Part shown: in pieces, positions 38,707 to 64,000 of the stretch
Layout of the letters: each line of letters begins with the position of its first letter
How positions within the stretch are numbered: position 1 is the first letter of the stretch
Notes under the pieces: generated by a model
Told to the model about the DNA's origin: nothing
The model's database searches: none
Seen by the model: the letters and a program-made list of their open reading frames with translations, nothing else
Translations under genes and position numbers: made by a program
Assembly: GCA_003344405.1 (NCBI GenBank)
Contig: NOWV01000015.1
Location: 682,001 to 746,000 of the forward strand
DNA length: 64,000 nucleotides
From: Trichoplax sp. H2
Taxonomy: Eukaryota
Reading direction: 5' to 3'

Positions 38707-41522
38707 ATGGCCAAAAGAAGATTGGCAAGTGCATTAGAGGCTGGTAAAATTTTAGGGTAAGTCCAAGGATATTGATTTGTTTATCCAATTAACGATTCAA
38801 GTTAATAAGCGTACCTTTCATTGCAGTATCAATAAATATGGTACCGACAAATTATAGGCCTTTTATCTTCTTACTATAATATTGCAAATAGAAAATAGAT
38901 AAGCTAAAGGATAGACGTTTCAAATAGTTATGAGCAATAAATAATTATAAGTTTCACCATGGTACTAAACTAGACGTACGACATAAGCATGCCGTATACA
39001 TAGTCTTAGTCATTATTCTGGCTAATCTTCTTTCGTCTATTTCCTATTTGAACTTTTCTAGCACAGCTTTTATTTTTTTGTTTCATTAAATTAATATTTT
39101 TAGTATGGTCATTCTTTAGCGAGTAATTTACTAAAGTCTACACTGATTGTAATCTTAGTTTGTATATAATACTGCCAAATAGAATTATAATCTATGTCAT
39201 TTCCGGATTTCTCCCTTTAGATCAGTTCAAATTAAAGATATTCAACGTACAGTCGTACCTAACTGCCATGGTATCTTTAGTACCATGTTTTCATCCGATG
39301 GGTCGATACTTATGTCGGCTACTGGAAAGGGAACTATTGAGGTTATCTACAGATTAAATTTTAAATGTAATAAATGGCCATTAGGAGAATGTAACTACTG
39401 ACTACTTTCTATTTATTATAGGCTATTTTAAATCGATGTATTGAAATATTACTGCCATTACTTTATTTAGATTCATGCAACCAATAACCTGAAGTCTTTA
39501 GCAACATTAAAGCGTGATCTAAGATCGAACCTGCCAATTACTAGTTTACAAGCAAATCCCAAGAATACCAATCTTGTCTTGGCTGTTGGTAATTCTATAA
39601 AATATACAAATTATAAAGATAACAGAATTTATTATCGAGCCATCATTCATTCTTATACTTGTTTCCAAATTCCAACTTAGAAATCATTTAAATCTTCAAT
39701 ATAGGAAAATATAAATGCATGTTTACTTGATTAATTTTTTTATTCCCATTAATTTCTGTAGTACAGCTCCAAATTAGTTTAAGATTAAATTTATAGGATT
39801 GTACGAAAATAAATCAATTGAACGTATAATTCTTACAATTTTCTAGGATCAGACGGATACATTTGCCTTTGGAACGTAGATACATGTGAATGTGTATATA
39901 GTTTTTGTGAAGAAAAGAATGTTATTAATGCTGTAGATATTAACACCAGCGGTGGTATTTATGCTACAGCAGGAAAGGTACTCACAGTTTGACAGTTTTT
40001 ATATAACTCGATAACATCTCTTTTAATGGTAAAAATATCGGATTAACGGTATGCATAAGTGGGGTACGGTATAACCTATAGGCCATGTTATCTTTTATAG
40101 CCTACGACTTCACTATTCTTGTTTGTAAATATGGTATTCATGACGTTTATCTTGCACCTGTACAACCAATGTTACGCAAAAAATGGATTACCATGTCTTA
40201 AATTGCTAAATTTTAAATATAAGCAGACAAGAAGAAAATAGAACCAGTTTGAATCTTATTATATGTACTTGAGAGAGTTTTATGCATCAATCTTCAACTA
40301 TGTGATGAATAACTATTATGGCTTTTACTCTAGGATACCGATATACGAGTTTACGATTTTAGTACACACGAATGTTTTGTTACCTGCCATGGCAAGGATT
40401 TATCAGAGGGTTTATCTACGTATGTCGATAATTAATCATTCAAGCGATTTAAAAGGCTTGCCAAATTTATTTTAAATTATATACTTATTGAATGAATAAT
40501 ATTATTTCAATGTAATCTGGATTATTTTTCCTAGGCCGTCAGATGAAGTTGGCCACGGTAGACGAATATTCGCGCTTAAATTTCACCCAGAAAATAATAA
40601 CGTCTTGGTTTCAGGAGGGTGGGATAAATTTCTAAAAGTATGGGATATCCGAGTTGGCAATCGGGCTGTACGAACTATTAATGGTCCTTACATTTGTGGG
40701 CAAGGCATTGATTTAATTGATAACTATGTTTTAACTGCATCTTGGGTAGCAACCAATTCTCTACAGGTGTAAAATTTAGCTTATTTATAATGGAAGGCTT
40801 AGTAAATTACAAGATCTTCACTCTATGCAACATATTTTAGCCTTCTTGACTTGAATTAGAGTGGATAATAATAGTGTGATTCAACAGTTTGGATATATCT
40901 GAGCTGACAATGATTTCCTATTGACTTTTCTAGATCTATGACTTAATAAGCGGAGAGATGATCGATACCGTCCCGTTCGGTACTAAAGGAGAGTTGAAAA
41001 CCGATTATTTATACTGTGCAAAATATTTAACCAAACAATGCGTTGTGGCTGGTGGAAGTGGAACTTGCGATGTCAGACTTGTAGATATTAATAAAGGCGA
41101 GGTATGAAATTTGCATCGATATTTCCTTAGTTCAGTTTTACAATATGTGAGACTTACAGTACTAGTATAATCGCTTACTCTGCGTCAGCCAACGTTCGAA
41201 CTGTACGCATGATTATGCATATCTGTATAACTGACTAGGCGGTATATACTGTATAGCCTGGCTTCTAGTAGCAACTACGTTATGCTCGTAGAATTTTATA
41301 CCTTATAACCTTTAACTTTGCCAAGGTTAATAATAATGCAAGTAATGATTGCACAGCCTGTTCTAACCTGCTATTCTTCGTATATGAATGTAACAGTTGC
41401 TAGGAAATATAGATAACGACAGAAGGCCAATACAAACAATCGATATTATGGGAGATTATATGGCTATTGGTGGAGTAGGCCCATCTATCACAGTTGCTAA
41501 AATTGAAATGGTATCAACTTAG
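38707..41522 (+). CDS. Uncharacterised WD40-repeat (beta-propeller) protein, 8 exons
   Basis: Phase-compatible exons give MAKRRLASALEAGKILG-SVQIKD..FSSDGSILMSATGKGTIE-IH..PITSLQANP..GSDGYICLWNV..ATAGKDTDIRVYD..GHGRRIFALKFHP..VSGGWDKFLKVWDIR..GPYICGQGID..LTASW..LYCAKY..AGGSG; stop TAG 41520-41522. The start exon is less certain. Confidence 0.85.
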
Positions 41523-42413
41523 CTGAATTTATTATTTTATTAATGCAAGTTATTTACAGTAGTATGTCTTCAATCTAATTTATTTTAAGTCAGATTTTCA
41601 ATTACGTATTTGGATGACAAAATGTCTTTATTTACAGCTAGTACATATGTACTGTATATGTATGTGTAAATGCAAAAAATAACAACTGTTATTTAGTAAA
41701 ATTTATCTCTACTTAGCGAGCCCAAGGAGAACGCTGTAAGAGTAGATTTTCTTTGATCTCTATGATACAGAGTAGAATAGTTGTTTAATGAATGAGATAG
41801 CAATGATTATTTTGTGTTGTATATCTGAAATAAAGTTTGGCATTTCTGGCTATGCGCAATAGGCCTTGAAATGTGAATGATTTCATTGAATTCATGAATT
41901 CTTCATTTAATTTAATTTGTAGCTAATATTACGCGTTAACAATCGACTATTCGGTTTTTACGGTAAAGCATATGACATTTTAGTGTATCTATTCGTAATG
42001 GATGACTATTGATGCAAGGGTCGTTAGCAAAGAGTAATTGATCTGTAGCATTCTTGGTGCCGGGGATATCGGTTTAGTCCTCATTATTCGTATATATACT
42101 CCAGTCAATAGAGTACTGAACATCGTTTTCTTTGCATTAGTACTCAATGATGACAGAGTCTAACATTCAATTCAAGCCAAAATCAAGTGGGAAGCGAACA
42201 CTAGTTACAGCCTATATTACAGTTCATGCAAGAATACCAAACACGGAAGCGATTGCTAAATTATCATTTTGGATAGTACTTTTAAAAGTGTTTAAACGTT
42301 AGCACAGCGACGGGGGTAAATTAAGCTATCTAGGAAAACTTTGAACAGGAAACTAACCGTTAACAATAACGTGTCATGACGTAATACTGTACTGTAGCGG
42401 TGGTTGTACTGTA

Positions 42414-43387
42414 TTACACAGTATAACATTGATATTTCTTACTGAACGATATGATACTGTCAATAGCGAAGCCTTAGATTGGCCGCGTTAGTCGAGTAGA
42501 CTGAGTTAGCTTGGCTGATGTACAGTGTACAGTACATAGTACGGTACTGTAGACTGTACTGTACTGTAAAAGTTCTGAACTGTTACAGTACTGTATAATG
42601 CAAGATCCAATACTACATTCAGTATAGTAAAATATGACTTTCGGCAACAAATTACAGCATTGGAAAGGGAAATTGAGTAGAGGTTACACAGTATAACATT
42701 GATATTGCTTACTGGACGATATGATACTGTCAGTAGCTAAGCCCTAGATTGGCCGCGTTAGTCGAGTAGACTGAGTCAGCTTGGCTTATGAACACTGTAC
42801 ACTGTACACTGTACAGTACAGTACTGTACTGTACTGTAGACGATATGATACTATCAGTAGCTAAGCCCTAAGTTGGCCGCGTTAGTCGAGTACTGTACTG
42901 TACTGTAGACTGAGTTAGCTTGGCTGATGTACAGTGTACAGTACATAGTACGGTACTGTAGACTGTACTGTACTGTACTGTAAAGTTCTGAACTGTTACA
43001 GTATAATGTAAGATCCAATACTACATTCAGTATAGTAAAATATGACTTTCGGCAACAAATTGCAGCATTGGAAAGGGAAATTGAGTAGAAGTTACACAGT
43101 ATAACATTGATATTGCTTACTGGACGATATGATACTGTCAGTAGCTAAGCCTTACAGTTGGCCGCGTTAGTGGAGTAGACTGATTTAGCTTGGCTGATGT
43201 ACAGTACACTGTACATTGTACAGTACAGTCTACAGTACATAGTACAGTACTGTAGACTGTACTGTACTGTAAAAGTTCTGAACTGTCAAGGGTATGATGC
43301 GAGATCCAATACTACAGTACATCCAGTATGGTAAAATATGACTTTCGGCAACAAATTACAGCATTGGAAAGGGAAATGGAGTAGAGG
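42414..43387. repeat. Three-copy tandem array of about 270 bp with a partial internal duplication, rich in TACTG/CAGTA
   Basis: TTACACAGTATAACATTGATATT..TTGGCCGCGTTAGT.GAGTAGACTGA..AAATATGACTTTCGGCAACAAATT.CAGCATTGGAAAGGGAAAT.GAGTAGA starts at 42414, 42684 and 43092; an extra partial copy starts near 42840. Confidence 0.95.
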
Positions 43388-44141
43388 TGTGGAAAAGTCG
43401 GCTAGTATGATCAAGATCGAAGCGATAGAAGTGAAAAGAACTTCTACTGTCCAGCCTTGTACTGTATATTGTTGAGATAAGTCAGCCTTGTCATGCATGA
43501 TATTTGCACTCCTACAGTACGGCGAGGGTCACGAGGACAAGCGGGCGGTGGCGTTGGCAAACAGTACTGTACAGGAGCTGGTATTGGAGCCTCTCAGCCA
43601 AAACCACTAGGTACAGTATAAACTAGTCATGTACTGGTTAGGCCAGCTACTGGTAGGTCATATCAGAGGTGAAGACAACATATTGTAACTGTACCGAACC
43701 GTACCGAACCGTCCCGCCCGACCGTCCCGCCCACCGTCCCTCCTTAACAAGAGTAGAATGGTGCCGATAGTTTGGTCCCGTATTGGTCCAGTACGGGACC
43801 AATTGTATGCAATCAGCAGCTATCAGTCATGTTGGTTGGCAGCGCCAGCCCCCTAACCAATCTACCCTACGGCCGTACTGTACTTGTATTGTCGCCGCTG
43901 TCGTGAACTGCACCGCACGGTTGAATAGATTCACTGGCCGTTGTGTGTGGTGTTGAAATATTAGCAGCAACAGCAGCAGCAGCAAACAGGAAGAACGTTT
44001 GGGGGCATGCTGGCTAAGCCTCGTTAAACGGTAGCAAAGGCATCAAAACTGCATCATCAATTTCTACAACCTTCATCAAATTGAAAATTAAGCTTTGAAC
44101 GTTATCGATGCTGTATTGGCTACCGCTTTGACACATGGTAA

Positions 44142-46981
44142 ATGGTAAGTTTCCATTGACGTTGTGTAATATTGTACTATCGGAGGTAGGAGTACATGGC
44201 ATTGAAAATTTTTTCTCTTCCATTCCCCTAAAATGTCTCCACAATTGACAGTCATTTACTTACCGAAACATCCTTGATGGTCAATATTGCAACACTTAAA
44301 ATCATCGCTTAGTTTATGACGGTCAAGATGAGACGTATGCATCCACTATGCTCACTGTATTTCCGTCCATGTTGTATAGTATATAGTGTTGGCTGCAGAC
44401 AGGGCTTCTTGACGCTACTCTATCCTTTGCTCTACAAGCTTACTGTACTGCAATGCAGTACAGTAAGCCATCAGCCGTAGTCATTTTTTGATCATCGCTA
44501 CTTCAGTAGTATATTCAGTGAATGGTTGAAGACAAGTACCTACTGGCTTCATTTAAACTTGCCAATTCAAAGTGTACAATTTCACCAGCTAATGTCTATA
44601 GCAATTGAAAACAGGATAACGAATATCGTAACAGTTGATGCTAGCTTTGCCTATTGCAGTAATGGCTTCACTGCATAGGGCACAGCCGCGCTATTTTAAA
44701 CGCATTTTAGCTAACTCAAAACAAGTGCACTAGTATAGCATTACTGTCACTGTACTGAGCACAATACAGTCAGTCAGTGCAGATGGACGATAGAATACCG
44801 CACCATGCAGCAGACTGTTCGGTATATACAAAAACTTGTCGATAGTATCATAACTTATTTATTGCTGGACTTTATAGCCTTGAAAACACTGGTTCAGTTC
44901 AATTAGTCGACTGCAAGGATAACCTATTCAGCCAAATCCGATCACTGTTCATCATATTGATGCCCCATTTTGAATCATCGTGGAAAGAAGGGGGGGGCAC
45001 CTAGCGTGTCATGCTAGCCTAGCCATAAAACATGCCATGCTTTGATCACATACAATTCCATTGCAATCCAATTGAAACTATGTTACAACGTATGTGATAC
45101 TGTCTTTGCAGGCTTTTGAAAATACAGCTGGTCAAATTGAAGTCAAGAACATGGAATTTGACGATTATGAAAATTTGCCAACACACGATGTAGGAGTTCA
45201 TATGATGGCTGGCGCTGCTGCAGGTGTACTCGAACATTGCGTCATGTACCCAGTGGACTGTGTTAAGGTACCAAATAGCAACTTTAGCAATTTCTCGCTT
45301 TGATAATACTTTCAAGTTAAGGCATTTAATGGAAAGTTGGTTTAGTTTAATTAATTTTATAATCATACTACGGCGGGCGCTACAGATGGAAAATTGATTC
45401 TCGTGTGTCACAGAATACGGTACCAGTATACAACTGTTAATCGTTTATACGTGTATATTGACTGTACTCGGGGGGGTGCCTACAATCGCATGCTATTGCT
45501 AGTACGGCCTTTATCCTGTTATAGGTAGCAACAAATTTGGGGGATGGATCCATTTTTTTTTGTATACGTTAAAGGTACAAGGTTTCTCTTTCTCTTAGTA
45601 GTCCGTGATAATACTTTAGCAAAGTAATGAAGCTAGAATACTCATTTCAAAGCATTAGATGTGGTGATACCTACTTCTTTTCATCCATAGCACAAACATA
45701 ATAGTTACTATTGATACTGTTTTATTGGATTATGAATTGACTATACGGTACTACAAGCATGAATAATATTCACTCTCTTCCGGACGTTAGCCTACTAAAC
45801 CCAATACTGTAGCATTAATAATCAAATTTTGAACCTTATCAAATTGATGGTGTATTAATTTTTCAAGATCTTTTGCCTGCACACTACTGTACTAGTAACA
45901 CTGACGACTATCGTATCTTATCTTTGAATTTTATGTATTATTCAAATTAAATACATAGACAAGAATGCAAAGCCTCAAGCCTAATCCAAATGCGGTATAT
46001 AAGGGGATTTACGATGGTTTCCGAAGTATAGCAATTAACGAAGGCAGATTTACTGTCTTTCGAGGCATGAATGTTGTTATATGTGGTGCTGCACCTGCAC
46101 ATGCTTTATACTTTTCCTGTTATGAGTCCGTTCGTCAGTCTTTAGGCGGTAAAGAACCTGGCCATCATCCTGTAGCTAACGGTACCATTTTTTATGACTT
46201 TTTACACAATATTGGTAGAACACATACGCAAATGTATCGTATGATGATATGAACTACCGTACTGTAGTTTACTAATTGTATATTTGTTGTTGTAATATTT
46301 GTAGCTACTGCGGCAGTTACTGCCACAGCTATCCATGATGCAGCCATGACCCCAGTTGACGGTATGTTCTACAACTAGCATTTCAAATTTTCCATTGTAT
46401 TGGATTAACTGTAACTGGAACTGACCAAGCTAAAGCTTTCCCTTTCTCAATTTACAGCTGTTAAACAACGTTTACAAATATATAAAAGCCCATATAGAGG
46501 CGCCATCCACTGTATAAAAGAGGTTTATAAATCTGAAGGTGTTAAGGCCTTTTATAGAAGCTATACTACCCAACTATTAATGAATATCCCATTCCAATGT
46601 TCGCATTTCTTGGTTTATGAGTACTTGCGTGAAACGTTAAACCCTGCTCGTACTTATGATCCTAAAACTCATGTCATCGCTGGAGCTGCTGCTGGCGCTT
46701 TTGCTGCTTCTTTAACTACACCTTTAGACGTTGCTAAAACACTACTAAATACACAAGAAAAAAGTGCACTTAAATTGACTTCAAATAGGCGATATGTTAC
46801 TGGTATCTATGGTGCATTAAAAACTATCTACTCTATGCGCGGTATCGCTGGTTATTTTCAGGGAATTAAAGCTCGAATTGTATTTCAGATGCCATCAACT
46901 GCAATATGTTGGTCGGTATATGAATTCTTTAAGCATTTCTTGCTTGTGTCTCAAGCATCAAAAAAGGAATCATTGTTTTAA
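44142..46981 (+). CDS. SLC25A37: Mitoferrin (SLC25A37/SLC25A28-like mitochondrial iron carrier)
   Basis: [123 protein letters not shown]. The start is either ATG 45151 or an in-frame ATG at 44142-44144 spliced (GTAAGT..TTGCAG) to 45112. It is probably co-orthologous to both vertebrate mitoferrins. Confidence 0.94.
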
Positions 46982-47942
46982 ATAGTTGGTAGAAATCAAG
47001 TTGATAGCAATTATCAAGAATTAGTATTTACATCTATTAAATTAAGTTTTACTTTATGTCTTATACATCGCATAAATTGGAACGAACCTAGAATGCCTTA
47101 ATGATCCAAGTGAACTATCTTAACCGAATACTTACATTCTGTCATACTAGCTATGAATTATACTGAAATTACCAGATACTAATTGTATCAAGCAAGATTA
47201 ATAACCGTCTCTCTCATTCATAAGAATTACAGTTTAGATTTTACCTTTCTCTTATTTTGGGTAATATTAAACAACTATAACAGTTGAATTGCATTATTAC
47301 CCACCAAGTAAAGTTCTTATCACATGGTGGTAATGACTCTTTGGGGGGTATTACCAATAAGATTAGCTATTTAATTACTTGAAAATCTCTTCTTTTCTAT
47401 ACATGAACGATATTATCGACGAAGAGTATATGATGAAAACGAAATAATCTATTACATTAATTTTATCTTGTTATGGCATTGATAACTATGATACGGAGCA
47501 ATAACCAGTTATCGATGCATATTACAATTTTTCAGATTTCACCGCCTTTAAGTGCGACACACTATTAATATGATATCAGCCTCAATTAAGTTATATCATT
47601 CTAATTATACTGAAGATGCTTTATGATTACAGTGTAAACTGGTAATAATATTGTATATATAAATTTAGCAATAGTAGAATTGTATTGTTTTAACTCACCC
47701 AATTGAACGGTTGATTGATCATAGCTGAATTTTAATAGTCTACTATGACAGTGAGTCTCTAACGTTTTTAGTCTTTCAGCATCGGAAAGATTGTTATGAC
47801 AATCGTACAAACATTTCTATAATCAATGCGACGTACGCATACATATGTACATTGTAGGGGAGGCTTTAAAAAATTGAGCATTGCTGTAGATCAATCTTTA
47901 GAGGGTAAAACTATCACTTCCATTTATGTTATAAATATTTCT

Positions 47943-48106
47943 GGCAAAAGATTAGCGAATAAAGTCTCGAATATTTTTAAGCAATATTGTATCAAATTTT
48001 TCTTGATCGAGTATCTCATGTAATTTTAGGCGAAAGATTAGCAAATAAAGTTTCGAATATTTTTAAGTAATATTGCATAAAGTTGTTCTTGATCGGATAT
48101 CTTATA
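47943..48106. repeat. Two-copy 86-bp diverged tandem duplication
   Basis: GGC.AAAGATTAGC.AATAAAGT.TCGAATATTTTTAAG.AATATTG..TTCTTGATCG at 47943 and 48029. Confidence 0.88.
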
Positions 48107-48729
48107 CAATGGTAGCAATAAATATTTATATGCATTATCTAATGTAATTGTAACAATAAATGTCCAGATATTTCTAATCAAGATAACATTTAATTAATCT
48201 TATTGGAGCACTTTAGCTTTTTGACTTAAATTCCTACCAAGAAAAATTTTTAGCGATTTCGAATTAGATTAAAGTACATCAATTTTCCATTCCTGAGTCA
48301 ATGGGTCAAGTTCGTATTTCTGCTAGTTGAAGATGAAATTTATTACCTCTGAAAGATTATAATTGCATGATATAGTATAACTGTTGTTAAATTATTAATT
48401 TAGAAGTAATGTCTGATGAAAGTAATTATATCAAGTAAGATAAGATATATAACTAAGGAACCCTCTTGAATTGAAAACTTTACTCAAGAGTTTATACTTC
48501 AAAATAAGTTAATCAACATTACGAAGGTACAATCATCAAAAATGAAAGATATGCTTGAGGATACAACGGTAGCCAATTGCTAGAGTATAAATCTCTAAGA
48601 TTAAATTCATACTGCATATAAAAATGCTCTTTATTACATTGGCATAACATGAAAGAGAGTCACTATTGGTATAAAAATTGAGTATACTTTTTTGGCAAAA
48701 CATAGCTAGCATTGAATACTGCATACTAT

Positions 48730-61100
<12,371 letters not shown>

Positions 61101-64000
61101 TTCTTTCTTTAACGGATGATTCAGCTAATAAATATCAAAATTTGGGAATGAACAATCCGCTACCTTGTGATCACAGTAACTCGAAATATGCTAGAAAAAA
61201 GACGAGATGATAGTGATACTGATATCGTCCTGGTATTATAAATGTTGTTTAATTAAACTCTTATAGTATAAATTAATGTTCATGAATGACTGTTAGTCAA
61301 TGTAGTGAACATCTACCTACGTCAATTTGATCAGTATAATTTATTTTCCTATTTATTAGTATTGATTTTCAAGTTACTACCGGTTCGTACTCGTATCTAA
61401 TTCAAATTACCACTAATCCCACTTACGAAACAACTATTAAAACTAAATTACTAAATAGCTATATAAAATAATTTCTCTATCGCCAAAGGAACCTACTAGT
61501 TCTATCGAAAGTGTAACTAGTACTCTCACAACATCAACGAAAAATAAGCGACAAAGTCTGAGTTATTCTTGCACAACTTAACTAATAGTTCTGCTATCAT
61601 TAGGATAGGAGACTTAAAATAGCCATCAAATGAAACTGAGGTATAAGATTTGTTCGATGATTCCAAAGCGATAGTAGCAATAATAAGACGTTAGCATCTT
61701 TAGAGGACTGATACTTGTAATATAATCTACGGAGAGAATTTTATTTATTTACAGTTTATCTACTTTATCGTTTAACATGGTGATATAAACAGTATAATAA
61801 AAAGCTATTATAAAATTTTCTAATAGCATGATATTGGGTGAAACAGTTGCAAGATGTAGAAACTAGAATAAAGTGGTAAGAAAAAGAGCAAGGTACCCAT
61901 CATCATATATGCATACGGCATTATTTATATATATTTCTAACGTCCATCAATAGTAATATAAGTAATATAACTTATTGAGAAATTAGAAGGACATCACTAT
62001 CACTCGACAGAGCGTTTACTTCCTTTGTAAATAACTTTTTCGCGTCAGAACAGAACTTACAAAATTCTCAATAGCATAATAATAAAAATAGCATGATTTT
62101 ATCGTCGCTTGAAGGTATATTCTGAATTATAAATATAATGGTGATGATGATTCAATTTAACAACCGTAAGAGTGTGACAATAATGAATACGGGAAAGGAA
62201 ATTTTTAAAAGATACTCATGTAATGCGTTCCGATATCTGATAAAGAAGAATAGTCCATTTGAGCTGTTCAAGGATGAATTCACAATCATTTCTACTTCAC
62301 TGTAATCTATTTTGTGGCGGCTATCTTTACAAATTAGCATTATTTGCTTTGAATTCATTTGTTGATTAGGGTAATTTTACCTTGGGCGGTTTATAAGTTG
62401 AAGAATAAATTCCAACGCTTTACGATAGATCAACATAGAAAGATTGAATGCTATCCATTTCCTAGCTTTAGCTTGATTAATGATGAACACCTTGAACATT
62501 AAAAGGTTTGTTTTGTAGTTGATTCGATCAAGGAATTTATTTAAAATAGCTTGAAAAAGATATTATATATGAGTATAACAGATCACTTTCAATTGATGAC
62601 CGTTAAGTAAATAAATAACAGCCGTCTATTCTCATCATTCGGTATTTGTTATCTTGATCAATCAATTATACATGGAATTAATTATTAAGATTATCATTGA
62701 TCACTATGAAGGCATTAAAACTGAATGATGATTCGCTTTGAAATTTACAATTTTATTATTCAAATTCAATTGATTTCATTTATTCCATTATATCTAAGTA
62801 TACATTGGAAGGAAATTCTGCACTCCTTTTTATTATGTTATTTATTGTCGTCGTAACGGAGGTAAAATAATTTCATTGTGGATTTAAAATTTCTTTCCTT
62901 ATTCATTTCAACGTATTGCTCTCAGATTGAATTCAGAAAATGTAATAAATAGATCAAGGTATACCAAAATGGGATAATAATTAATTCATTAGTTCAATGT
63001 CTATTCCAATATAAAATCGCTTTTATTAATAATGAAAGCAAGAGTATTCAATCATCACTGCAATTGTTGAATTAACTCTATCGACTAATTTCATACTTGA
63101 CGATATCTATAATAGCCATAGTTAATGATAAACAATTAAGATTTATGTACTACCAACCTGATTAACAGCGTTGCCAGCAAGTATAAAATGATTATTATCA
63201 GTAAATTGGAGATATAAAGGAAGTTGCCAACATCGTAGATACAACAAACCCATGGGTGTTATTTAATTAATAATATTGTAAAGGTAATATACGTACTTTG
63301 TTGATTTAACATCGATTAGCGGTATTCGTCAGATAGAAACAATTCAGATTTTTTTATTATCATATCGATTAAGGATGTTCATGAATAATATCATCAACGG
63401 ATTGGAGTCAAATAAATGCTTTTAATGTCTTAGAATAGAGCGAATCTACTGATACTATCCAACTAACAATGCAAAATTTCTCGATCTAAAATGTTATTCA
63501 ATTGCTCTTGTTCAATAAAAGTAATATCATCAAATTTCGACAGAATTTGTGTTAAGATTGAATTTTACGATGACAGTAATGACTGCAAGAAATTTCATCA
63601 CAGCATGATATTTAAATGTATTCAACTTCAATATAATAGCAAAACATTCTAACACGCTCTTTACATTATCTGAACTGATCATTATAGTTTTAACTCAGGA
63701 TATGCTTAGTAACAACGATGAATCATTAATAAATAAAATAGAGATAATCGCGGATGGATACATATAATTCCTATCTAAGCATATTCTCTTCAACGATGTG
63801 CTTACATAATCTTGGGCTATGGCAAATATTAATTTACAGTGGATTTTGATAAGAACTGCTCATTGTAGCAAACGTAGCGATTAAGTCGACTGAAGTTTGA
63901 GTTAGTATAAAATGAAAAGTTCTGCTCTACTGATGTTGATACTACTCGTTTGCTATCACCAGCTAAAACATTATATAAATGAACAAAAGTAGAAATTATC

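Noticed and set aside
44500-44790. CAGTGN hexamers upstream of mitoferrin as possible iron-responsive elements
   Set aside because: The flanks do not form the 5-bp upper stem with a bulged C, and they lie in the predicted first intron.

Overview
AT-rich, gene-dense eukaryotic (animal) genomic DNA with many short introns (mostly about 80-150 nt). Gene content and compactness suggest a placozoan such as Trichoplax, which is an inference from the sequence only. I reconstructed 11 protein-coding genes by reading splice sites and frames by hand: O-GlcNAcase (+, 5' exon not found in the window), POMK (-), exportin-7 (+, about 35 exons), MED28 (+), a REEP1-4 family gene (-), THG1L (+), SIL1 (-), an intronless class-A GPCR (-), an uncharacterised WD40 protein (+), mitoferrin (+) and HECTD2 (-). 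Main points of interest: (1) four minor-spliceosome (U12-type) introns, three of them in XPO7, two of which can only restore the reading frame with rare AT-AA termini; (2) a candidate unannotated 4-exon transcript divergent from MED28 that has only micro-ORFs; (3) recurrent TACTG/CAGTA palindromic tracts next to gene 5' ends; (4) several local tandem arrays, including a degenerate array of about 85 bp units with dimeric structure upstream of POMK; (5) the human orthologues of the nine nameable genes all fall on the 4p/5q/8p/10q paralogon. No prokaryotic elements, CRISPR arrays, tRNAs, rRNAs or transposase ORFs were recognised. Exon boundaries are manual and need RNA-seq confirmation.
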